37,279 bases of DNA from a virus. How positions within the stretch are numbered: position 1 is the stretch's first letter; every line of letters begins with the position of its first letter. Of the stretch, positions 14,992-21,050 are shown one piece after another. The DNA lies in UHGV virus genome UHGV-1374627, one strand, 5' to 3'. A program made the position numbers and the translations under genes. A model generated the notes under the pieces. That model made no database searches, was not told where the DNA came from, and saw only the letters and a program-made list of their open reading frames with translations.

Positions 14992-15075
14992 ACGGAGCCG
15001 CGACGCCTACACTGCGGACGCGAAGAAGCGGTGTAAGAGCGTGGAGAGACTACGGAAAGCGGGGTTGCTGAAATG
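14992..15075 (+). repeat. right copy of direct repeat; encodes an out-of-frame relic of the upstream gene's C-terminus
   Basis: It translates to ERSRDAYTADAKKRCKSVERLRKAGLLK*, compared with ERDRNAYTADAEKRSRSVARLKRMGLLK* in the left copy. A possible 32-codon GTG-initiated ORF spans 14978-15075. Both copies end in ctgaaATGa, where ATG starts the next gene. Confidence 0.65.
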
Positions 15076-15918
15076 AATCGGATTGCGCGGGTATTCCCAA
15101 GAAAGACGGCTGCATCGCCTACGGATACGCTAGCGTTCTTCGGTGCACCGACAATCGAGAATATCGCAGATTGTATCAAGGCTGAAGTTGAAGCGGTGCA
15201 CATCTCTACAACCTTCACATGGGACATTCCGCGTGCAGAAGATCTCTACTATGCGTGGCAAATCCTCGGTGTTCCGGTTGAAGTTGGAGGCCCGGCATTT
15301 GATGACCGCATGGGTGATTTCACGCCGGGAATGTATCTCCGAGACGGCTATATCTTCACGTCGCGCGGCTGTACGAAGGAATGTTGGTTCTGCTCGGTTC
15401 CGCGCTGCGCACATGGCGTGATTCGGGAGCTGCCGATCGTGGATGGCTGGAATATCCTCGACGACAACATTCTCGGAACGTCAGAGCAGCACTTTCGGGC
15501 GGTATGCGAAATGCTCAAGCGGCAGGAGCATTTTGCAATCTTCACCGGAGGACTGGAACCGTCTTTGCTTCAGCAATGGCAGGCGGATTTGTTGCAGGAG
15601 GTAAAACCGAAGCGGCTTTACACAGCATACGACACAAAGGATGATCTGGAACCTCTGATTGAGATGGGGCGGAAACTACGCCTTGCGGGGTTCCGGCCAA
15701 AGAGTCACGCCATGTGCTGCTATGTCCTTGTTGGATATGCTGGGGACAGTTTTGAGGACGCGGAGTTGCGGCTGACACAGACCATGCAGGCCGGATTTGT
15801 ACCATACGCAATGCTTTTCCGGGATGAAGAAGGAAAAACGGACGCCGCGTGGCGAAGGTTTCAACGTGAATGGTGCAGGCCGATTATCACGGGGAAGAAA
15901 TTCAATGAATATTGGTAG
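15073..15918 (+). CDS. radical SAM-like enzyme
   Basis: TSRGCTKECWFCSV is a CX3CX2C motif with an aromatic residue before the third Cys. AIFTGGLEPSLL is the GGEP-type SAM-binding motif about 70 aa later. The ~65-aa N-terminal extension has no recognised match. Confidence 0.6.
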   Translation: MNRIARVFPRKTAASPTDTLAFFGAPTIENIADCIKAEVEAVHISTTFTWDIPRAEDLYYAWQILGVPVEVGGPAFDDRMGDFTPGMYLRDGYIFTSRGCTKECWFCSVPRCAHGVIRELPIVDGWNILDDNILGTSEQHFRAVCEMLKRQEHFAIFTGGLEPSLLQQWQADLLQEVKPKRLYTAYDTKDDLEPLIEMGRKLRLAGFRPKSHAMCCYVLVGYAGDSFEDAELRLTQTMQAGFVPYAMLFRDEEGKTDAAWRRFQREWCRPIITGKKFNEYW

Positions 15919-15929
15919 GAGGATCTGTA

Positions 15930-16823
15930 ATGGACTTGGAACAGAGCGCGTTTGAGGCGCTGCGGTTCGCGTCGGCACAGAGCTTGAAGCTCTACAAGCA
16001 GCCGCTTGTTATTACCTACTCGGGCGGCAAGGACTCGGACGTGCTTTTGCATCTGGCTGGGAAATCTGGTATCCCGTATGAGGTGCTGCACTCACTGACT
16101 ACGGCGGACGCACCGGAAACCGTATGGCACGTACGGGAGACCTTCCGCCGATTGGAGCTGGCGAACGTAAAGTGCGTTATCGACGCGCACGTCCAGCCGG
16201 ACGGGAAGTGCGCTACCATGTGGAATTTAATACCGAAGAAAATGGTGCCGCCCACAAGGATCAAGAGGTACTGCTGCGCGGTACTCAAAGAGGGCGGCGG
16301 AAAAGGGCGATTTATTGCAACAGGCGTAAGGTGGGCCGAATCGTCGAGGCGGAAAAACAGCCGCGGTGCGATTGAGGTATCCACCAGAGACAAAAACAAG
16401 CGACTGATCCTGATGGACGACAACGACGAGAGCCGGATGCAATTTGAATCGTGCCAGCTCAAGGGCCAGCGGACGGTGAATCCGATTATTGGATGGGGCA
16501 ACAAGGAGGTGTGGGACTACGCGGAGACTGAGAAGATCTGCATGAATCCGCTCTATGGCTGCGGCCACACGCGGGTTGGATGTATCGGATGCCCGTTAGC
16601 TTCGAAACGTGCCAGAATAGAGGAATTTATAATCTGGCCGAAATACAAGCAAGCATATATCCGCGCGTTTGATCGGATGCTGGAGGAACGCCGCCGCCGC
16701 GGTAAGATGGAGGGCGGGATGCGATGGGGCGAGACCGGCTTGGATATATTCAACTGGTGGATGGAAAATGATGTGCTTCCGGGGCAGGAAGTATTAAAAG
16801 AATTTCGGGAGGATTTGATATGA
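15930..16823 (+). CDS. PP-loop ATP pyrophosphatase of the PAPS-reductase/DndC-like family with C-terminal Cys cluster
   Basis: VITYSGGKDSDVLLHLA is a PP-loop SGGKDS motif. NPIIGWGNKEVWDYAETEKICMNPLY matches the PAPS-reductase W..DVW.Y....NPLY pattern. YGCGHTRVGCIGCP is an Fe-S/zinc-like cluster. GTAGGAGGA RBS precedes ATG 15930. Confidence 0.8.
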   Translation: MDLEQSAFEALRFASAQSLKLYKQPLVITYSGGKDSDVLLHLAGKSGIPYEVLHSLTTADAPETVWHVRETFRRLELANVKCVIDAHVQPDGKCATMWNLIPKKMVPPTRIKRYCCAVLKEGGGKGRFIATGVRWAESSRRKNSRGAIEVSTRDKNKRLILMDDNDESRMQFESCQLKGQRTVNPIIGWGNKEVWDYAETEKICMNPLYGCGHTRVGCIGCPLASKRARIEEFIIWPKYKQAYIRAFDRMLEERRRRGKMEGGMRWGETGLDIFNWWMENDVLPGQEVLKEFREDLI

Positions 16824-17266
16824 ATTTGAAGTCGGAAGAACTGGTCAAGGCGCTGAGGTGCTGCGCAGAGGGCGAGTGCAAAGACTGCGCCATGCATGAG
16901 GATAAGCAGCGCTGCCAAGAGAATTTATTGGACAAAGCCGCTGAAGCCATCGAGCGCGACCAGAAGGAGATTGACGAGCTTCGGGAGAAGCAGCGGTGGA
17001 TTCCTGTAACAGAGCGGCTGCCGGAGGAACGAGAACTTGTAAACGTGGTGTGGGTGAACAGAGTGCCGGAACCGTATTACGAAAAAATAAAAGGAGTTCC
17101 GTTTTCAGGGACTGCGTGTTTCTTCGGGGGACGCTGGTATTGGGATTCACCCATAGTCCTCGACCTGTTGTCGGAATACGGGAAAGATGATCCTGATTTG
17201 GTGGATGATGCCGTGGACATCACCCACTGGATGCCGCTGCCGGAACCGCCGAAGGAGGTGGAGTGA
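16820..17266 (+). CDS. DUF551-like phage protein with N-terminal Cys motif
   Basis: WIPVTERLPEERELVNVVW ... HWMPLPEPP matches the DUF551 pattern. The N-terminus reads CCAEGECKDC. Confidence 0.55.
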   Translation: MNLKSEELVKALRCCAEGECKDCAMHEDKQRCQENLLDKAAEAIERDQKEIDELREKQRWIPVTERLPEERELVNVVWVNRVPEPYYEKIKGVPFSGTACFFGGRWYWDSPIVLDLLSEYGKDDPDLVDDAVDITHWMPLPEPPKEVE

Positions 17267-17409
17267 TGGAAAATCTGTTGCAAAACTTCGCCAGCGGGCT
17301 GTGGATCGTATTGGGCGTGTACTGTTTCTTCGGGCTAAGGAAGTGGAACAAGCGGTTCAGCAAACTGTATGACGAGTTGAAGGAGGAGGTGGAGCGATGG
17401 AACGACTGA
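17266..17409 (+). CDS. small membrane protein (47 aa)
   Basis: Product MENLLQNFASGLWIVLGVYCFFGLRKWNKRFSKLYDELKEEVERWND. It overlaps the stop and start of its neighbours. Confidence 0.35.
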   Translation: MENLLQNFASGLWIVLGVYCFFGLRKWNKRFSKLYDELKEEVERWND

Positions 17410-17843
17410 CTTATTTCAAAGACGGATACTGGCGGGTAAATTTCAGCGGAGTGCAGTACCAGGCAGATTTTGTTGACCGTCTCGCAGCCTATGAGGACAG
17501 CAGACTATCCCCGGAGGATGCGGCAAATCTGCACGCAATTTTGAGAATGGGCGACGGCATGACGCTGATGCGCTTGCGGGAGCTGGCCGTGGCAGATCAA
17601 GAGGGGCGCGTGATCGTCTTGCCGTGTAAGGTGGGCGCTAGAGTGTATATCCCGGACATTGAATCCAAAACCGTTGCGAATGTCAGAGTGCAAGGAATTT
17701 CAATTACACCAAAAAGCCGTGTTGTCTTACACTTTGGCGGGTATCCTGTTGAATCTGCATGGGGAGATAGATGCGGGATAGATTGGTTCCTCAACCAAGA
17801 GGGAGCTGAAAAGGCGCTGGCGGAAATGGAGGGAAAGGCATGA
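17397..17843 (+). CDS. hypothetical protein
   Basis: The 148-aa ORF is translationally coupled to its neighbours. It has no recognised domain. Confidence 0.5.
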   Translation: MERLTYFKDGYWRVNFSGVQYQADFVDRLAAYEDSRLSPEDAANLHAILRMGDGMTLMRLRELAVADQEGRVIVLPCKVGARVYIPDIESKTVANVRVQGISITPKSRVVLHFGGYPVESAWGDRCGIDWFLNQEGAEKALAEMEGKA

Positions 17844-18169
17844 GCTTCGGCAAGAAAACGCGGGAATCGGTCTATGCGAAGTATGACGGCCACTGTGCCT
17901 ACTGCGGACGGGCTATCGACATCAAGGATATGCAGGTCGATCACTTTCTACCACTCAGAGCATGGGGTATTGAAGATGACGGAACGGATGATATTTCAAA
18001 CCTCATGCCATCCTGCCGGATGTGCAACCACTACAAGCGGGCAAATTCTCTGGAAACATTCCGGCGGTATATTGCAGAGATTCCGCGCAAGCTCCGCGAG
18101 AACTACATCTACAAGGTGGGCGTGGTTTACGGGAATGTAGTTGAAAACGAAAAGCCGATCAAGTTCTAA
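17840..18169 (+). CDS. HNH endonuclease
   Basis: CAYCGRAIDIKDMQVDHFLPLRAWG...NLMPSCRMCNHYKR has the CxxC...DH...N...CxxCN layout. Confidence 0.8.
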   Translation: MSFGKKTRESVYAKYDGHCAYCGRAIDIKDMQVDHFLPLRAWGIEDDGTDDISNLMPSCRMCNHYKRANSLETFRRYIAEIPRKLRENYIYKVGVVYGNVVENEKPIKF

Positions 18170-18189
18170 TTTGAAGAAATGGAGGGCAA

Positions 18190-18375
18190 ATGATGGTAAA
18201 AAGAATCTGCGACCGATGCGGAGCCGAAATAAACCCTACAAGTTCGGCAACGTATGTAAACGTAAGGGGCGCATATTGCGAAAACACGGGAGAAGTCGAG
18301 CTTTGCTGTTCATGCGGGATGCGAATTCGTGAATGGCTAAAACCGGCCGAGGAGGGCAAGAAGGATGGCGTATAA
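18190..18375 (+). CDS. zinc-ribbon small protein
   Basis: Product CDRCGAEI...CCSCGMRI has two CxxC pairs. Confidence 0.5.
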   Translation: MMVKRICDRCGAEINPTSSATYVNVRGAYCENTGEVELCCSCGMRIREWLKPAEEGKKDGV

Positions 18376-18532
18376 CGTTTACTTTTCTTGCGACTCGTGC
18401 GGAGCCACATATAACTGGGTAAACCACGCAGTTTCGTATTCTGCCGCCGTTTCGATTGCGAGAAGCTACGGATGGAGCGTTGGGAAACACGGGTGGTTTT
18501 GCTCAGAGTGCCGAAAGAAACGGAGGTTATGA
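18365..18532 (+). CDS. zinc-ribbon small protein (55 aa)
   Basis: Product MAYNVYFSCDSCGAT...WFCSECRKKRRL has CxxC...CxxC. The start overlaps the previous stop. Confidence 0.35.
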   Translation: MAYNVYFSCDSCGATYNWVNHAVSYSAAVSIARSYGWSVGKHGWFCSECRKKRRL

Positions 18533-18620
18533 AGGATGGATAAGTTAAAGACGTGCCCGTTCTGCGGCGGAGATGCCATCTTTTTTCGAAAAGCATATGC
18601 AGTGAACAGGAGGGTAACCG

Positions 18621-18821
18621 ATGGGGCAACATAAGCACAACCCGACCGCTATTGCGGCGGCAAAAGGCGAGCTGCCGCCGAAGAAGCGAGCGCCGCAGCT
18701 GACCAAGCGGCAGGCGGAGCGGCTTTTGAAAGCAGAGATCCTGAGTAGATGCACGCCGCTGCTTGCACTGCCGTATGAAATGCGAAACAGAATCGGGAGG
18801 GAGTATATGTATTATGACTGA
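18621..18821 (+). CDS. hypothetical basic small protein
   Basis: AACAGGAGGGTAACCG precedes ATG 18621. The 66-aa product has no recognised domain. Confidence 0.5.
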   Translation: MGQHKHNPTAIAAAKGELPPKKRAPQLTKRQAERLLKAEILSRCTPLLALPYEMRNRIGREYMYYD

Positions 18822-19125
18822 TTATATCCGGCGCGAGGATGCGCTGCGCGCCGTGCAAAGGCAAAGAGGCGCGAACAGAAGCCCTGCGCAAAATGAAATG
18901 CTCAACAGAATTAAGACTGATATAATTCGTGCGCCAGCCGCCGACGTTGCGCCGGTGGTGCGCTGCAAGGACTGCGAGTATGCGCGTGATCTCGGTTTTC
19001 AGTTCGGCGGGTTGGTGCATGAGTCGTGGTTTTGCATATACAATGGGCCTCACACCACAGGCGCAAATGATTTTTGCAGCCACGGGCAAAAACGAAAGGA
19101 AGGAGAAATTGAAGATGATCCTTGA
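18814..19125 (+). CDS. hypothetical Cys-containing protein
   Basis: ATG 18814 has GGGAGGGAG upstream. The product contains CKDCEY...FCIYNGPH...FCSHG. Confidence 0.45.
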   Translation: MTDYIRREDALRAVQRQRGANRSPAQNEMLNRIKTDIIRAPAADVAPVVRCKDCEYARDLGFQFGGLVHESWFCIYNGPHTTGANDFCSHGQKRKEGEIEDDP

Positions 19126-19282
19126 TGTTTTGAATCTGCTGGCGCTGATCGAGTGGATCGCGCTGGGCGTTGTTGTCTGGCTCAAGGCGCGGAGCCTGTA
19201 TCGCCGCTCGAAAGCGGTGCTGGACGCGCTGCAATCGGAAGAAACGGAGGTTTATGAAGATGACGCGGAAGCGATGCCGTAA
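19115..19282 (+). CDS. small membrane protein (55 aa)
   Basis: AGGAAGGAG RBS. The product MILDVLNLLALIEWIALGVVVWLKARSLYRR contains a TM helix. Confidence 0.4.
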   Translation: MILDVLNLLALIEWIALGVVVWLKARSLYRRSKAVLDALQSEETEVYEDDAEAMP

Positions 19283-19481
19283 GTTGCTGATGGCCTGCGG
19301 AGCCACCAGGAACGAAGCAAACCAAGCTATGCGCTTTGCGCACAAAGTGTACAATTGCACAAACTACGAATGTCTCTACCTCGCATTGAAGCCGCTGCTG
19401 TACTTGCAAATCCTTCGCAACCGACCTGGCGTTCCCGACACAGTGCTTAAAGCATTTGGTATCAATCCGGATGAACTATAA
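19254..19481 (+). CDS. hypothetical basic protein
   Basis: GGAGG precedes ATG 19254. Product begins MKMTRKRCRKLLMACGATRNEANQA. Confidence 0.45.
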   Translation: MKMTRKRCRKLLMACGATRNEANQAMRFAHKVYNCTNYECLYLALKPLLYLQILRNRPGVPDTVLKAFGINPDEL

Positions 19482-19498
19482 ATGATTTGGACTTTTGC

Positions 19499-19571
19499 CC
19501 GCGCGGGATGCCATTGCCGTGGCGGGGAGGATCAGCCGGATGATATAGCCAGCCCGGCTCTCCGGGCTGGC
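19499..19571. repeat. two GC-rich hairpins upstream of Rep gene (candidate double-strand origin / nick site)
   Basis: CCCGCGCGGG palindrome at 19499-19508. Hairpin GCCAGCCCGGctctCCGGGCTGGC at 19548-19571. No T-tract follows, so it is not a typical terminator. Confidence 0.5.
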
Positions 19572-19602
19572 ACACAAAGAAAGGGATGATAACATCAGTC
19601 GA

Positions 19603-20313
19603 GTGATAGAGCTTCAGGCCGGGACGCGGTTCCGAGCCATTGAGCTGGCCGCGGCTCCGCAGCAAAAGCAGACACGGGCGTCGCGGCAATTTGAGACGAG
19701 CCTTGTACGGGAGGCCGTGAACATCAAGACCGCCTGCATGCGGTTGGAATTTCTGCTTTATGCAAACTTTGCAGTGGATGATTGGTTCGTGACGTTGACC
19801 TATGACGAGGATTTTCTTCCACCGAACTATGAGACGGCCCGGAAGAATCAGCCGGCCTACTTCCGCAGGCTGCGGCAGGCGCGCCGGGCGGAGGATCTCC
19901 CGTTTGATTATGTGTACGTCATGGAGGGTCTGCACGGAGATCATCGCATCCATCACCACTTCGTGACCAAGCGCGCGCCGGGCAACGACATCGCCCTATT
20001 CCGTGAACTGTGGGGCAAGGGCTTTGTCGATGTGCAGACCATTGAGGAGTTCGGCGGCTATCGCGCCGTCGCGCAGTACATGACCAAGGAGCCGCGCAAG
20101 ACCGGCAAACTCCGGGTCGGCGCTCGGATGTGGACACCAAGTATCGGGCTGGTACAGCCGGAGCGGCATGACATCGAGCTTGCGCCGGGCGAGCACTACT
20201 CGCCGCCGCCAGGCGCTTCGGCCTTTGAGGGTGGAAAGTTCCCGGAACGTATCGAAAACTGTTACGGAACCTTTGTGACCTACGATTTCGAAATCCCGGC
20301 TTTGCAAACTTAA
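19603..20313 (+). CDS. rolling-circle replication initiator, HUH endonuclease of pC194/pUB110 (Rep_1)-like type
   Basis: Motif I is FVTLTYDE. Motif II is HGDHRIHHHFV (HUH). Motif III is AVAQYMTKE (catalytic Tyr). The start is uncertain (GTG 19603 or ATG 19738). Confidence 0.7.
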   Translation: MIELQAGTRFRAIELAAAPQQKQTRASRQFETSLVREAVNIKTACMRLEFLLYANFAVDDWFVTLTYDEDFLPPNYETARKNQPAYFRRLRQARRAEDLPFDYVYVMEGLHGDHRIHHHFVTKRAPGNDIALFRELWGKGFVDVQTIEEFGGYRAVAQYMTKEPRKTGKLRVGARMWTPSIGLVQPERHDIELAPGEHYSPPPGASAFEGGKFPERIENCYGTFVTYDFEIPALQT

Positions 20314-20328
20314 TATCTATATTTTGAC

Positions 20329-20577
20329 TTGAAACAATATATAAATACTGGGAAGGAGCGACAAAAGGACTTGCAATCTGAGAAACGGCGTGATATACTG
20401 TTAGTGTCAGCAGACGGGAAGTTGATTTGCCCGTTGTGCGGGCGGCCGACGCAGCAGCGTGTGCGGCCGACGACCGTGCTGACAGACTTCCCGCTGTACT
20501 GCAAGCTGTGCAAGCGAGAGTCGATCGTGAATATGAGCCAGAGCCAAAACCATCGAGTTAGTGCCAGCGCCAAATGA
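20329..20577 (+). CDS. zinc-ribbon small protein
   Basis: Product LICPLCGRP...YCKLCKRE. It is preceded by a 40-nt AT-rich region. A possible TTG 20371 start follows a GGAAGGAG RBS. Confidence 0.45.
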   Translation: MKQYINTGKERQKDLQSEKRRDILLVSADGKLICPLCGRPTQQRVRPTTVLTDFPLYCKLCKRESIVNMSQSQNHRVSASAK

Positions 20578-20646
20578 TTTGACCGTGAAAACGGAGAATC
20601 GTTTGGCGCTTTTGTTTTGCACCCGAGGTGATAGCCGGATGGCATG

Positions 20647-20690
20647 AGCGCCATGATCTCCGTCGTGAGGTCATGGCGCTTTTTGTTTGT
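20647..20690 (+). terminator. rho-independent terminator separating early/replication genes from packaging genes
   Basis: AGCGCCATGA, a 14-nt loop, TCATGGCGCT, then TTTTTGTTTGT. Confidence 0.7.
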
Positions 20691-20692
20691 CC

Positions 20693-20986
20693 ATGGATTA
20701 CAAAAGCAAACGCTGGCTGCACCTGCGCGACGCGGTGCTCCGGCGTGACAAATACCGATGCCGAGAGGCCGCAAGGTTCGGCAGGAACGAGCTGGCGACC
20801 GTTGCCCACCACGTCTACCCGGTGGAAGATTTCCCCGGCTGGCAATGGTGCAGCTGGAATCTGATCGCTGTGAGTCAGGCAGCGCACAACAGCTTCCACG
20901 ACCGCGTGACCGGCAAGCTGACCGATTGCGGTCTCGCGTGGCAGCGGCGAGTGATCCCCCCTCCCGATGCGCCGCCGCCGTTCTGA
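20693..20986 (+). CDS. HNH endonuclease (packaging-associated, adjacent to terminase)
   Basis: RWLHLRDAVLRRDKYRCREAARFGR...VAHHVYPVEDFPGWQWCSWNLIAVSQAAHNSFH has the phage HNH pattern. Its position immediately upstream of terminase is typical. Confidence 0.85.
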   Translation: MDYKSKRWLHLRDAVLRRDKYRCREAARFGRNELATVAHHVYPVEDFPGWQWCSWNLIAVSQAAHNSFHDRVTGKLTDCGLAWQRRVIPPPDAPPPF

Positions 20987-21050
20987 CCAAAGCACCGGAG
21001 TGGGCCCCCTTTTCCGACGGCGGGAAAACGGGCGGAGGGGGTAAGCGAGG

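Noticed and set aside
15073-15918. Calling the radical-SAM-like gene QueE and the PP-loop gene QueC (7-deazaguanine pathway)
   Set aside because: The motif classes fit but are shared by many families. The PP-loop protein's W..VW.Y....NPLY pattern fits PAPS reductase/DndC better. FolE, QueD and DpdA partners are absent, so a specific pathway name is not justified.
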